Shown here piece after piece: positions 1-12,102 of a DNA stretch of 64,000 nt; position 1 is the first letter of the stretch; every line of letters starts with the position of its first letter. The stretch is taken from sequence record OR699282.2; one strand, given 5' to 3'. Under the pieces are notes generated by a model that was not told the origin of the DNA, did not search any database, and worked only from the letters and a program-made list of their open reading frames with translations. The translations under genes and the position numbers were made by a program.

Positions 1-117
1 GTTCAATTCCTGGCTGAACTATATCGTCAAGTGCCGTTTATCATTAATGTACTAGAAGGTAATGATACATTATCACATGCAGATGTGATTAATTTTCTTG
101 GAAACTTGCATGTGTGA
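1..117 (+). CDS. 3' end of a hypothetical CDS entering the window
   Basis: Frame 1 is open from base 1 (VQFLAELYRQVPF...) to TGA at 115-117. Confidence 0.6.
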   Translation, partial: VQFLAELYRQVPFIINVLEGNDTLSHADVINFLGNLHV

Positions 118-397
118 TGAAATAAATCTTACAGGATATTTTTTACAAGAATCAATGATTAAATTTAGTGATAAATTTTCAGTACTGGATGGTATCGAAA
201 TGTGGCATGTCAAACCACTGTTCCACACTTTCAGTAAAGAGCACAAAATGTTATTGACTGAAGCGAGTAAATCAAATAACATATGTGAAATCAAAATTGG
301 TGTAAATGTCTATAAAGGGATGGTTATCTTTTTTGACAATAACAGCAACTACTTTTATATTGTTAAGGAGCATTACGTTGACAAATACAAATACTAA
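110..397 (+). CDS. hypothetical protein
   Basis: ORF track 98..397; ATG at 110 overlaps the upstream stop. Confidence 0.6.
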   Translation: MCDEINLTGYFLQESMIKFSDKFSVLDGIEMWHVKPLFHTFSKEHKMLLTEASKSNNICEIKIGVNVYKGMVIFFDNNSNYFYIVKEHYVDKYKY

Positions 398-992
398 TAC
401 ATACTTCCGTTATCTTCGCTTAGGTCTTTCCCTACGTCCGATCCGTGGAAAGTGCGATTCACTCGCTGACCTTGACTATGCATATGCATTACATCATGAA
501 GGTGTACAGTATGTATTGGGTGATTATGGTGAATTTGAAGAAACAAATGACAGTACTGGAATTAATGCTGGTGTAGAAAATCTTAACAACATTGCTAACA
601 GTTCTCGCCATGACATTGTGTTACAGATTCAAAACTTTATTGAGCAGCACACAGGTAAACGTGTTTGGTGCTATGTCGGTACTGATGCACAAATGTCAAT
701 TTCATTCGGTAACGATGAAGGATATGTTGCACAGCTTATTATGGATTTTGAATCTGAAGAGAAGTTTTTAGAATTCAAAGAAAAGATTATTCAGTCACTT
801 GTTGATATGGGTATCCCCGAAGATAAAATGCCAGAAGTTCAAAACATTGATGAATTTGTTTTGATTCCATCTGATGAGAAATATGATGCAATGTTTACTG
901 CCCTTAATATTCCAGGAGTTATTGTGGAGTACTTTGATGATGGTGATGATAGTATCTATATCGATCTAGATGACGATGACGACGATGAATAA
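378..992 (+). CDS. hypothetical acidic protein with poly-Asp tail
   Basis: AAGGAG at 365-370, 7 nt before an in-frame TTG at 378; ends DLDDDDDDE. Confidence 0.7.
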   Translation: MTNTNTNTYFRYLRLGLSLRPIRGKCDSLADLDYAYALHHEGVQYVLGDYGEFEETNDSTGINAGVENLNNIANSSRHDIVLQIQNFIEQHTGKRVWCYVGTDAQMSISFGNDEGYVAQLIMDFESEEKFLEFKEKIIQSLVDMGIPEDKMPEVQNIDEFVLIPSDEKYDAMFTALNIPGVIVEYFDDGDDSIYIDLDDDDDDE

Positions 993-998
993 TGTACA

Positions 999-1026
999 TA
1001 GCCCGACATAAGTTCGGGCTATTTTT
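999..1026 (+). terminator. intrinsic terminator
   Basis: TAGCCCGA-CATAAGT-TCGGGCTA followed by a T run. Confidence 0.8.
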
Positions 1027-1038
1027 GTAAGGGGATAT

Positions 1039-3184
1039 ATGAATTATAAAGTTCTACAATATACATACAGTGTTTTGTTTGATTTACATCACAATGGAAG
1101 ATATCTCAATACAATACGAGAAAACACATTCACTCATACTATCTGGATTAATCACTTAATAATGATACGTGAATATTTTGTTAATAGTGAGATAATCATT
1201 CGTGGTAAAAAACAGAAGATAGAACAAGTTAATAGTTTTGGTGGTAAATTAGTACTATCATTTATAGATAGTAATACTAATGAAAGATATAGTATAGATT
1301 TGGTGGACATATGAATTATAAAGATTTCCTACTAACATACAAGATTATTCGAGATTTAGCACACGACAATGATAGCCCTAGTCTAGAAGACACATGCACT
1401 GAAATGATTCATACAATTCGTGGTAAGATTAAAAAAAAATTCAGTACTGTTATTATTGGTGATGACCATGCAGAATTTTCTGATATAATCATTAGACGTG
1501 ATGGTAAAGTTGAGGTTCAGTACTACACTGATTTTGGATTTACCAGTATTCCGTTGGAGATATTCCCTTGGGATTAAATTTAAATGATATACAATTCACT
1601 TATAAGATCCTATATGATTTGTATGATGTATACCTTGTTAGTAACAAAATAGGTTCACATAACCCATACAAAGAACAACCATTTATTGATTTATATATTG
1701 AGTACTTAGATTCAGTAGGTGAATATATAAAAAAGAATTACAGTACTTTTATCGATGGAAATGATAAATTCGATTTCTATGGTGTGCAATCATATAATGG
1801 TATAATCCATGTTCAATTTCAGGAAATAACCGATAGGGGATTTATCGAGATTAAAGTTGTGAAGTTGGTGAATTTATAAGAGGTTACATATGTTATTAAA
1901 TGATATACAATTCACATACAAATTTTTGTATATCCAATACGCTACGGTTGATGCTGGAGAATATCTCTACAGTGAAATCTATCGTTCGGTATGGATAAAG
2001 TTTTTGGATGAATTACATGATTATTACCATGATTTGTGTATAGTTCGTGATAATAAAATATACAAATTCCGCGATATTGTTAGTCATAGCGGTAAGCTAC
2101 GATTGGAATTAAGTACTGATAGTGATGTTGATTGGATTGGTGTAAATTTACTGGAATTGAAGAATGAAAAACAACTTAAAGGAAATACAAGTATTTTATA
2201 AATTCTTATACTTATCATATGTAAAAGATGAGTACTATGAAAGTGTGTATTATTTTTTATGGCAACATTACCGTACTATAGTAAGAGATTTATATATAGG
2301 AAAATCTATCATATCCAATGGTGAAAAATGTATCTGTACGGATGTAGTTAGTTTTAATGGTTCTTTAACATTGTGTTTCAGATGCGATAATAATAGTGGA
2401 TCATTTTCATTAAACGTATATCAGTTAGAAGGAATAAATTTTGAATAAATGTCCATATTGTAACAGTACTCAATTAGCTCGTTTCCGTTTAGATTCAGAC
2501 TGGGCGACTGGTGCTGGTGATTTCTTCCCTATTAATGATGATGCAGAATACACCGAAGAACAGCACAAAGATTTTGATAAATCATGGCGACCTGACATTG
2601 AGTGCATTTATTGCCTTAATTGTGAGCGTGTTCATGACTAAAGCTGAACTAATAGTTCATACATATAAAATGATATCAAGTACTGAGTTATCATATAGTG
2701 CAGATAATCCAGTACTGGATTATTTTGTTGAATTATTGAAAGAGCATTATATTGGTAAATCACTGATTCTTAATAATATTAATTTCACGGTAAAGGATGT
2801 AGCACCTGGAAAAAACGTACTAATAGTATGTGTTACTTCATCTGATAACCCAGTATACCCAATATCAATAATTTTTGAGATATTAGGAGATTTATGAATA
2901 TCATTTTAATGCAGAAAACATATGCTATATTGGTGAAAGATTATTCCATTACTTTCGATTCACAAGAAAGTGCTCTACATAACCTATACAAAAACGTAAC
3001 ACAAGAATACAGAAATATGTTTTCTGACTTAGTAGTAGGAAGGTATTTCAGTACTAGAAAATACCCAAAACTTCAAATAGTTGATGTTTCTTTTTATTTC
3101 AATGGTCATATTACTATTCATAGTTTAGACCAAGATTCAACAACGTACTTAAACTTTTCATTTGATGAGGTAACATTTTTATGA
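1039..3184 (+). other. tandem array of 7 small (about 85-105 aa) paralogous CDS: 1039, 1311, 1568, 1890, 2164, 2634, 2894
   Basis: Shared N-terminal (Q/L)xTYKxL motif and (Y/V)(I/V)G(K/R) motif; overlapping or abutting start and stop codons. Confidence 0.7.
2441..2641 (+). CDS. small Zn-ribbon protein
   Basis: CPYC...CLNC cysteine pairs. Confidence 0.6.
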   Translation: MNKCPYCNSTQLARFRLDSDWATGAGDFFPINDDAEYTEEQHKDFDKSWRPDIECIYCLNCERVHD

Positions 3185-3357
3185 GAACAGTATTTTTTAT
3201 CTGGAGTCTTTTTTCATTGGCAGTACTGACAGTATGTGGGATTTGTTTCCTTTCATCAATTAATACTTGGTATATCAATTTACTATTTCCATTTGTCGGT
3301 GTTGGTTTAGGGTTTACTTTGCATAGTGTATGTAAGGATTACAATGAGAACAAATGA
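3181..3357 (+). CDS. small two-TM membrane protein (58 aa, not in ORF track)
   Basis: Manual translation MRTVFFIWSLFSLAVLTVCGICF...PFVGVGLGFTLHSVCKDYNENK*. Confidence 0.6.
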   Translation: MRTVFFIWSLFSLAVLTVCGICFLSSINTWYINLLFPFVGVGLGFTLHSVCKDYNENK

Positions 3358-3622
3358 AGTACTTATTGCTGAAACAATGAAGATGATTTACAATATCACG
3401 TCAGCACAGAATATGCCCTATCCAACTAAGTCTTTATTGAGGACTGTGTATCTGGGGATAGTACAGGAATACTACAAATCCAAGCACCGAAGCATTATTA
3501 GTGTTTATCGTGATTATGAAAGGATTCGTATTTTATTCTGGAACAAGAATCGAGTACGTTCTGAATGTGACCTAGTGGACTTTAAATTAGAGAATCTTTA
3601 TTGCTATAAACAGGGACAATAG
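3344..3622 (+). CDS. hypothetical protein
   Basis: AAGGA before ATG at 3344. Confidence 0.6.
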   Translation: MRTNEVLIAETMKMIYNITSAQNMPYPTKSLLRTVYLGIVQEYYKSKHRSIISVYRDYERIRILFWNKNRVRSECDLVDFKLENLYCYKQGQ

Positions 3623-3671
3623 TTTAATTCATGATATAATAATGGGTAAGGAACAATAATTAACACAAGGA

Positions 3672-4409
3672 GTGTGTGAAATGCTTGACCGTATCCGTTT
3701 CGCTACAGAGATGGCGAATGAATTAAACATGGCAAATTTCCAAATGTTAACATCAGTAATGGCTGAACATGCATGTGCTTATTCTGTAAGTGGTGTGCAG
3801 TGTGGTCAGGAGAATATGTTAGCAGATGTTTATAGTGAAGTGCAAAGTAAGCAATATAGTGTAAAGACATATAAGGATAAGTTTGTTAGTCTTTATATGA
3901 ACGAAGATATTGCCGAAGACCGTAAATTCACTGATTTTATTATTGAACGCCGAGTATCAGGTGTATCTAATCCTAATGCATCAAGCGAGGAAGTTTTTGC
4001 AGAAGTACTGAAAGATATATACGAAAATGAATTAAAAAGTAAGAATCATTACAATGTACGTGAAACTAACACAGTGCTCTTGGGATATGATGAAGACGAA
4101 GAATACTATTATTTTCGTATGACTGAAGTTCCTTTTGAATACAAATCTCCATATACAACTACAGTGAAAGAATTTACTGAAAAAAGTAAAAACTTCATGA
4201 AGCATGAAGGAAATCGTTGTAGTATAAATGGTTATGACGAAAATGGCATTCACATTTATGAATGGGTTCACCCAAATTGTCAGACATACACTCGTTGCTT
4301 GAAAAAACGTTATAATTTAGAAGAGCATGAATCATTCTATTTTAAAGTTAAGAAGCAAGGTTACACTCGCCCCGCCGATTCTGAATTGATGGGTATGATA
4401 TATTTCTAA
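3672..4409 (+). CDS. hypothetical protein (245 aa)
   Basis: AAGGAG RBS; TGATATAAT extended -10 at about 3631-3639. Confidence 0.75.
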   Translation: MCEMLDRIRFATEMANELNMANFQMLTSVMAEHACAYSVSGVQCGQENMLADVYSEVQSKQYSVKTYKDKFVSLYMNEDIAEDRKFTDFIIERRVSGVSNPNASSEEVFAEVLKDIYENELKSKNHYNVRETNTVLLGYDEDEEYYYFRMTEVPFEYKSPYTTTVKEFTEKSKNFMKHEGNRCSINGYDENGIHIYEWVHPNCQTYTRCLKKRYNLEEHESFYFKVKKQGYTRPADSELMGMIYF

Positions 4410-4419
4410 GGAAACTTCT

Positions 4420-5048
4420 ATGGATTTTTATCTACACACATGGACATACGAACAATATATTACATTATATCTTGAAATTATTAACACAGAACCTAGGTGT
4501 GGTTGTTGGTTCGCAGATATCATAAAAGAGTATGCTGACGAGTTCGAGTTTGTGTATCTTGGGTCTGATATATTTGTAAAAAGTGTAGGTAAAACCGGAC
4601 GAATCACTGATATAGATTACGACACTGTTAGTGTGAATTTCTATGTTGATTTTCCTGATGCTGGAGTTGATGGTGTATATTGTCTTTATGAAATAATTTA
4701 AATTCTTAGGCCAGCGTTTGCTGGTCTTTTTTCGCAGGTACAAAGATGTTCAGTATAGATTTAATTAACAGTACTATCAAAATGTTGGCTGATTTGGTGA
4801 GACAATCCAATGGAACTTTATATCCATCAATGTATAAAATGTTTGACCGATACATCAAGGATTGTAACATATCATTATATGGACTTACTGTTGATATAGA
4901 CGATTACTATGGAATTAATACTTCATATAAAACAGGAATTTTAATTGGTATTAATATAAAGATGGGGTATTTCCCTTATTACTGTATAGGATTACCAGAT
5001 AATACTTTGGTAGAATATCCAGCCAGTACTATTAAATTAAGAGGATAA
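4420..5048 (+). other. two small hypothetical CDS (4420-4701, 4746-5048) separated by a hairpin terminator at 4709-4732
   Basis: ORF track; GGCCAGC-GTTT-GCTGGTC plus T6. Confidence 0.65.
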
Positions 5049-5055
5049 AACTAAA

Positions 5056-6320
5056 ATGAATGTATTAGAATTAAGTACTAAGCTGATTAGTATGCGTAAT
5101 GAGTGGTACGATTGGTTTTATAATGGTACTGATATGGATTTTTCAAAATATCCATTTATGGAATCAGGATGTGATGCAAGATACCGCTGGTTGAGCAAAG
5201 ATTGTTCTGGTTTACATATTCTAGTTGACGATAGTGGTCAGGGAATTATAAAAGATTTACTTCAAGTTGAACAACTCGTCCATGATAATTGGTGTGATAA
5301 CGATCCATACCTTGGAAATATGATTTATGTAAGTGAAGATGATTGCATATTCGTTATCCAGCGTCATGGTAATTCTATGTTTTATGTAGCAGATAGCAGT
5401 ACTCCAGAAGGTGCAGCAGCCGATGGACTTATGCCTAAGATTGATATATTGGAATTTGGATTACCTGAGCACTTCCAGATTAGTACTTTATACGATATTC
5501 CACCACTTGAGTTCTTTGAAGAATTTAAATTGTACTACAATGATCTTCAAAAATTGAGTACTGATCGACGCATTGAAATAACTGTTAAGTACATGGACGG
5601 AACGAAATTAACTGATACGGGGATAGAATTTTGATTAAAGATTTAGATAGAATTTTATATGTACTAAGGGGTGTAATTACATTACATCCACAAATCAATC
5701 GAATTGAAAGTACATTTCAGTTGGAGTCAAGAGAAACTCCATATTCACATATATCAAATGTAGTTGGTTCACTCAGTACTGAAGACTCGTCTTACGATAT
5801 TTGTGTATGTGAAGTACAACCAAGTTCGGATCTTGGATTTGCTATTTTTGATAAAGATCAAAATCTCATTAGTATGTTTCAGTGCAATAATCCTTTTTGG
5901 AAAACATGCCTGTATCCAGAGTGGGCTATGCTTGATCCAACCAAGAGTACCATTAAAGTTTATGACTCTAAAAATGATGAAGTCGTTATTGATTTGGATG
6001 AGTCAATGTCAGAGGAAGAACACTTTCAGCTAATGATGATGCGTGCTATGCCGGAATACAATGCAATGATTAACACTGTGCAATACATTAAGGATACCAT
6101 GCCAGCGTTGCGTACACATGAGTTTTGTCATCCGGTATTGTATGAACATCTAGATTTAGACTTCAGTACTATTAAATTTAAAGATAGTGTTAAAAAATAT
6201 ATTCAAGAGAATGTTAAATTTGATTTTATTAGTACTATGAACAATAATCCAAAAACTAATTTTAGGCATCAGTACAATGAATCTTTGTCTAATGGACGTG
6301 ATACCAGTTGGTGGAAATAA
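5056..6320 (+). other. two related hypothetical CDS (5056-5634, 5631-6320)
   Basis: Both carry an E-H-F-Q motif (LPEHFQIS, SEEEHFQL). Confidence 0.65.
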
Positions 6321-6321
6321 T

Positions 6322-6585
6322 ATGAATATTCAAGATAGATTACAATTACTGTACACACTTGAACAGGCTGCTTATGATCTTGTTCGAAAAATCTCAGATG
6401 AACTACCTAAAGGAACTAAAGTTCGTGTACGTGAGATGAATTATTTTTCTGGAGTAATTGAAGAACAAGTACTAACAGTGAATAAAGTAACATACTATGA
6501 ATCTGAGTTGTCTATTCAGTGTGAATCTGATGATGGATTAATATCATATTATGGAACTGATGTAGATATAGAGGTAATAAAATGA
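6322..6585 (+). CDS. small hypothetical protein, helix plus beta-barrel family
   Basis: LPKGTKVRV motif resembles the paralog family. Confidence 0.6.
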   Translation: MNIQDRLQLLYTLEQAAYDLVRKISDELPKGTKVRVREMNYFSGVIEEQVLTVNKVTYYESELSIQCESDDGLISYYGTDVDIEVIK

Positions 6586-7724
6586 CCCTTTTGCAAATAT
6601 ATGAAGATTTAATGCACTTATGTAATACAAACGATGCATTCTTTTATGTGGATCATAAAAGTCCTGCTGGTGGCACGTATCGTGTATTCAGTTATCGTCT
6701 AGCATCATACACTGATTTCATGCAACCAAATGCGTTGGAAACCCGTGGCTCTATGTGGGAAATTGATGAAGAAGGTGAAATGATACGTTGTGCAGCACGT
6801 ACAATGAAAAAGTTCTTCAATGCTTACGAGAATCCTGCTACAATGTTCCCTGCTAACACCACATGCGATGACATTGCGGTAGTGATGCCTAAGTTGGATG
6901 GTTCGATTATCAGTACTTACCGTGATAATGATGGTGAGATTCGTTGTAAATCACATACTGCATTGTATTCTGACCATGCGATTAACAGTACTCGACTTAT
7001 TAACGAGAACCAGAATTTGTATCAGTACATCGACGAAGCGGAACGTTTAGGTTACACAGTTAATATGGAGTATACAAGCCCAGAGTACCGAATTGTATTA
7101 CCATATCAGGTAGAACAACTGTTTGTACTGAACGTTCGTCATCGTGTGAGTGGTGAGTTGCTATGTGGTAAAGCACTACGTGATAAGTTTCCATGTCTTG
7201 CACAGTACAGTACTAATATGACTGGAAAAGATATTCATCACACTTTTCCGGTACGAAATACCTTCCGTGAAAGCGTGGAGGAAGTTCATAAAATGCTTGA
7301 TATTGAGGGTTTTGTGTGCATCCTAAATAATGGGACAATGTGTAAAATAAAGACTGACTGGTACAGTTCATTACATCTTACAAAAGATAGTATTATTATT
7401 GATTCTCATTTATATGAAGCAGTATTAAATGGTTCAAGTGATGATTTAAAACAATTGTTCAGTACTGATGAATATGCTATGCAAAAGATATTAAGAATGG
7501 AACAATTGGTATTTTCGTGCTATAATGCATTACAAGATGAAGTAGAAAGCTTCGTCAAGGAACACAAGCACTTGGAGCGAAAGGAATTCGCAATGAAGGT
7601 TCAGGAGTGTTTAACTAATGAACTGAATCGTCAGGGCTTGGCCTTTGCAATGTATAACAATAAGAAAGTTGATTACAAAGAGACTCTTATAAAATACATG
7701 AAAATTGTACTAAAGGATTTTTAG
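6582..7724 (+). CDS. rnlA: T4 Rnl1-like RNA ligase
   Basis: Nucleotidyltransferase motifs KLDGS (I), EYTSP, EGFV (IV), KIKT (V); N-terminal FSYRLASY-like segment; near PNK. Confidence 0.92.
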   Translation: MTLLQIYEDLMHLCNTNDAFFYVDHKSPAGGTYRVFSYRLASYTDFMQPNALETRGSMWEIDEEGEMIRCAARTMKKFFNAYENPATMFPANTTCDDIAVVMPKLDGSIISTYRDNDGEIRCKSHTALYSDHAINSTRLINENQNLYQYIDEAERLGYTVNMEYTSPEYRIVLPYQVEQLFVLNVRHRVSGELLCGKALRDKFPCLAQYSTNMTGKDIHHTFPVRNTFRESVEEVHKMLDIEGFVCILNNGTMCKIKTDWYSSLHLTKDSIIIDSHLYEAVLNGSSDDLKQLFSTDEYAMQKILRMEQLVFSCYNALQDEVESFVKEHKHLERKEFAMKVQECLTNELNRQGLAFAMYNNKKVDYKETLIKYMKIVLKDF

Positions 7725-7751
7725 TACTATCTAGCCTAAGCACAAGGAGAA

Positions 7752-8009
7752 GTGATGGCTAAACCTAAGTATAAAAATGACGGTTCCCTTTCTCCGACTG
7801 AGTTCAGGAAAATACAAGAAGAAATCGATGAATTACAGCACAAACGCTCAATGAAAGGTGTGAAGATAAGTAAGAAACGAATCGAGAATACCTTCGGATG
7901 TAGTAGTACTGAATACAAGAAGAAAAGGAAACCAAAAGGTGTTAAGCCGAGAATACATGATGTAACTCGCTATACATCGAAACGTGAAAATAAATTCGAC
8001 CCACTATAA
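7752..8009 (+). CDS. small highly basic protein
   Basis: AAGGAG RBS; Lys/Arg-rich. Confidence 0.65.
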   Translation: MMAKPKYKNDGSLSPTEFRKIQEEIDELQHKRSMKGVKISKKRIENTFGCSSTEYKKKRKPKGVKPRIHDVTRYTSKRENKFDPL

Positions 8010-8018
8010 GGAGTTCAT

Positions 8019-8544
8019 ATGAAAGTTGAAGTTCAGCATAGTATTGTTCAGGATATGTCAGTAGTTAAATTTCTTTCCTTGAAAGATTATTTCAGATGTA
8101 TCAAGTTCCTAGAAGAATCTCAATTACAGTGGACCCCATTAAAGTACAGTTCATCCAATGATACTGCTAGTATTCGTTGTGATGAATCTGTACTTGTGAA
8201 AATCTCCAAGCGATTTGGGATTGGGAAATACAATGATAAACAATGCACAAAGTAATTTACTATATATAAAGTCAGTAGAAGCTGAAATTAAAAATTCAGT
8301 ACAAACTATCGTCGATGAAATGATTGACAAATACAAGAGCAATCTTATTGGGAAGAAAGTCAGATGTTGGGATTACACATTCAAACACTGGTACGATTCC
8401 GAGATTGTGAAAGTTGATGTGAATACTGATAGTAATGGTCTAATTAATGGTATTGCGTATATTGGTGTTTTAATACGCAAGGGAACACCACAGGAATGGC
8501 TAACTTATCATAATATAGAGCATGTTAAATTTTTAGAGGATTAA
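8019..8544 (+). other. two small hypothetical CDS (8019-8255, 8233-8544)
   Basis: ORF track; the second has LIGKKVRCW of the paralog family. Confidence 0.6.
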
Positions 8545-8547
8545 AGG

Positions 8548-9480
8548 ATGCCAACTATCACACTAACAGTTGGATTGCCTGGGTGTGGTAAAACTACATG
8601 GGCAGTGCAAGAGATTAAAAACGCCAAATCCAAGACTATCAACATCAACCGTGATGATATTCGTGAATCTATGGCTGGGTCACATGATGCTTACAAATTC
8701 AACGATGCTAATGAGAAGTACGTAACTAATTTACAGTTCAGTGCAGCAAATTCAGCAGCAGAGAATGGTTGGAACATCATCATATCCGATACGAACCTTA
8801 AACAACATTTCCGTAATCTATGGAAAGTATGGGCTAAAGATAATGGCTATGATTACAAAGAAAAGAACTTCTATGATGATTTTGTACCTAATGAAGACCG
8901 TGGTGCAGATGTTCATGAATTCTTTAAGATTAAAGAGTTCGTAAAACTTTGCAAGAAATATAATCTCCAGCGTGAGCGTTCAGTACAAGATAATATCATT
9001 GACACTATGGCAGATACGTACTATTATAGTAAAGCATTGCACATTGGTTACTATGGTAATTCACGAGAAGCTGCTATTATCGTTGATATCGACGGTACTC
9101 TTGCTCATAAATGGGGTCGTAATCCTTACGATGAAAGTACTGTTCTTCAGGATACACCTGATGAAGAAGTTATTTTGTCTATTATCGCTGAAGCAGTTTT
9201 TCATAAACGCAAGATTATCGTCATGAGTGGGCGTACTGAAGGGTGTCGTGCTGATACCGAACAGTGGCTTAAGAATTGGGGTGTTCCTTACGATGCATTG
9301 TTTATGCGAGATATCGATGATAAACGTCCTGATGATGTTGTAAAATTCGACCTGTACATGAAAAATGTGGTTGATCATTACGATGTTAAAAAGGTATATG
9401 ATGACCGCGATCAAGTTGTATTCATGTGGCGTAAACTACTTGGGTTGAAAGTTTTCCAAGTGGCTGAAGGAAATTTCTAA
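8548..9480 (+). CDS. pseT: polynucleotide 5'-kinase / 3'-phosphatase (T4 PseT-like)
   Basis: P-loop GLPGCGKTT, NRDDIR, HAD motif DIDGT, and C-terminal DDR. Confidence 0.95.
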   Translation: MPTITLTVGLPGCGKTTWAVQEIKNAKSKTININRDDIRESMAGSHDAYKFNDANEKYVTNLQFSAANSAAENGWNIIISDTNLKQHFRNLWKVWAKDNGYDYKEKNFYDDFVPNEDRGADVHEFFKIKEFVKLCKKYNLQRERSVQDNIIDTMADTYYYSKALHIGYYGNSREAAIIVDIDGTLAHKWGRNPYDESTVLQDTPDEEVILSIIAEAVFHKRKIIVMSGRTEGCRADTEQWLKNWGVPYDALFMRDIDDKRPDDVVKFDLYMKNVVDHYDVKKVYDDRDQVVFMWRKLLGLKVFQVAEGNF

Positions 9481-9483
9481 TAC

Positions 9484-9516
9484 AAAAGGGATCATATATT
9501 GGTCCCTTTTTCTTTT
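9484..9516 (+). terminator. intrinsic terminator
   Basis: AAAAGGGATCA-TATAT-TGGTCCCTTTT followed by a T-rich tail. Confidence 0.75.
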
Positions 9517-9705
9517 AAGGTACATTATAGTGAATGTAACAACACAGATGTTATTACGAAAAGACTACTTAGAAAATATAGAACGATACTATAGATTGTC
9601 TTTGTATGAAAATAAGCATAAAAATTATAGTTTTGATAAACTACTAAATTCCAGTACTGATGATTATCTATTTTCATCAATGTTTTATGTGAGAGGTTTA
9701 TTATA

Positions 9706-11495
9706 ATGGATAAATTTCACACAGATATAACACAGATAGGTAATCTTATCAATAGTCTAATTACTGATTTAGAAGAAAAGTACTTAGGTCGAAATGTATA
9801 CGTAGAAATGTATGAAACATATGGTGTTATTGATATGATTTATTACAGTGCATTGAAGTGTGAAATACGTTTAACAATATGTTTGTTTGAAAAAAATACA
9901 TTCAACAGAAGTACTGCAATTCGCCAAGTTGGAGTTGATGATATAGAATTATACGAGGAACAATAATGTTTGAGCAGGACTTAGAGATATTCAAAAGTCA
10001 TATTGATTACTTGACTATATTAGAAAATGATTTAACTACAAAGTACAAAGGCATTCGTGTTCTGTGCTGGTATGATGATTGGGATTATAAACGTGAACTC
10101 ACGATTGATCGAATTTATTTCAGTGACGGTGTACTAAATGTACATGGTGTAAATGATTTTGGTCATTCATATACATATTCTAATAATGCTAAATTTAAAA
10201 GGATCTACAATGAATGAATATTATCATAATTTATTCGATTACATAAAACTAATAGATGATCTTTCTTTTGAATTTCTCAGTACTGAAAAAGTTCTTGAAC
10301 CTCTCTATTATGATTGTATTAGTTCACTATGTTTAGATGAAAAAGAGATATTAGCAAACAACTTACCATCCACGGTCTGTACAATCAATGGTTCCAAGGC
10401 ATTAGTGTGCGAGGTTAATTTTCATAAATCACTTAATACAATTGTTTACAAGTTCGATAACACTTGGGTAAATCATGTAACCAGTAATATTAAATCTGTG
10501 AGATTTTTATGAATATAAAAAAATTATTTGAACAAGTAAATTTATTGTACTGGTGTTCAGACGGTTCAGATAAGGAATATAGTGAAGTTTATTTAGAACT
10601 GTTTAGAACTGAAATTCATCAAATTCGAAGATACCTAATTGATAACAAAACTAAAGTACAAGTAAGATACCATAACGGTACGTTAAAGAATGGTGTAATT
10701 ATTGGATTGATAGTTACACGAATGTCTAATAATATTAAAGTTGCAGTTAGATTAATGACTGATGATGGTGTCTACACAATAGAAGCTAGTGAGATTATAT
10801 ATTAAATGGATATACAAACATTCAATAAACTTAAGTACTATGATGATGGTTTTGCATTAATAATTAACGAACTTGATGGAATACCATACGAATATCATAA
10901 TCAAGTAATGAAGATAATAAAATGTATATGTGAAGAATTAAAAAGTATATTTAAAAATGAATATGTTTATGATTTAGGTAATAGTAGCAAAAAACTATAC
11001 ATAAAGAAATTCTGGGGAACGCATTGCGGTTTGATGGTCGATTTAGGTTTAAGTTTAGACGATAATTCTGAATCATGTTCATTATATATAGATGAAATGC
11101 GAATATCATGAGACGTATCAGAATTCGGTGATATAATTTGATTACATCACCAATAGGGAGAAGTTGAAGTGAATGGTTCGTTTTTAACAATATTAGAAAA
11201 GACAACCGAGATGCTTTCTAGCTCGTTAATGCAGATTTTCAGTACTAATAATTTATACAATACCCAGGTGTTAGATTCAATTAATAATAACTATGTGGTA
11301 AGTATATCTGATGAAATATGTCCATTTAACGCGTATTCAATTTATAGTGTAGAAGAGTTTCATATATCCGAGATTCGATGTGGTTTTGGTGCTTGGTTAG
11401 TTCTAAATGAACGTTCAGGGTTGTCTTTATACATCGAAGAAGTTAGTAAATTTATATACAAAGGAGTAGAATATGTTAACCCCAATTATTCTTAG
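9706..11495 (+). other. run of 6 small hypothetical CDS (9706, 9966, 10210, 10509, 10806, 11169), mostly paralog family
   Basis: N-terminal helix followed by KY(L/K)G..V motifs; coupled stop/start codons. Confidence 0.65.
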
Positions 11496-12102
11496 CAGTG
11501 CATATGTAATCGGTATTATTATTTCTGGTATGCTTGCATATAACTATAACAGAAGTGTTCTAGGTTATGTAGTACTTGGTACAGTACTAAGTCCAGTGAT
11601 TGCCATTGGTCTTCTTGTTATGCTAGGTGAGAAAAATACAAGCTTCTTTATTACTAAAGAACTTGATAAAATCACTCCAGCACCAGAAACAGTTATTCCA
11701 GAAGTTAAAGAAGAAGTTAAAGAAGTTGAAGTTCAAATGCAAGTTAAAGTGTATAATACACTTGAAGAAACTGATCCTAAAGTTGTAGTGAATGTAGTTC
11801 CAGTAGTTGAAGATGTGAAACCAAAAGCTCCTAAAGTACAGAAAAATACTAAAACTGCAAAGAAAGCTCGTTACACTAAAGGTAAGAACAAAGGTAAATC
11901 TAAGGATGAACCACAACTAGGTGTTCATGACCATACTGCACAAATTGCAACGGCAGCGACCGCAGCAGCAATCGTAACATCACCAATCTACAACAATGAT
12001 GATTACAGTGATTATAGCCGTCACAGCAGTTCTTCCTCTGATTCTTGTTCCTATGATAGCTCTAGTTCTGATTCAAGTTCATCGTCTGGAAGTTGTGATT
12101 AA
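11473..12102 (+). CDS. membrane protein with Ser/Asp-rich tail
   Basis: Two N-terminal TM segments, Lys-rich middle, C-terminal SSSSSDSCSYDSSSSDSSSSSGSCD. Confidence 0.8.
   Translation: MLTPIILSSAYVIGIIISGMLAYNYNRSVLGYVVLGTVLSPVIAIGLLVMLGEKNTSFFITKELDKITPAPETVIPEVKEEVKEVEVQMQVKVYNTLEETDPKVVVNVVPVVEDVKPKAPKVQKNTKTAKKARYTKGKNKGKSKDEPQLGVHDHTAQIATAATAAAIVTSPIYNNDDYSDYSRHSSSSSDSCSYDSSSSDSSSSSGSCD

Noticed and set aside
1-30. GTTCAATTCC resembling a tRNA T-loop
   Set aside because: It lies in an open frame (1-117), and there is no acceptor stem or CCA at the expected distance.
940-992. GAT/GAC trinucleotide repeat
   Set aside because: It simply encodes the poly-Asp tail.
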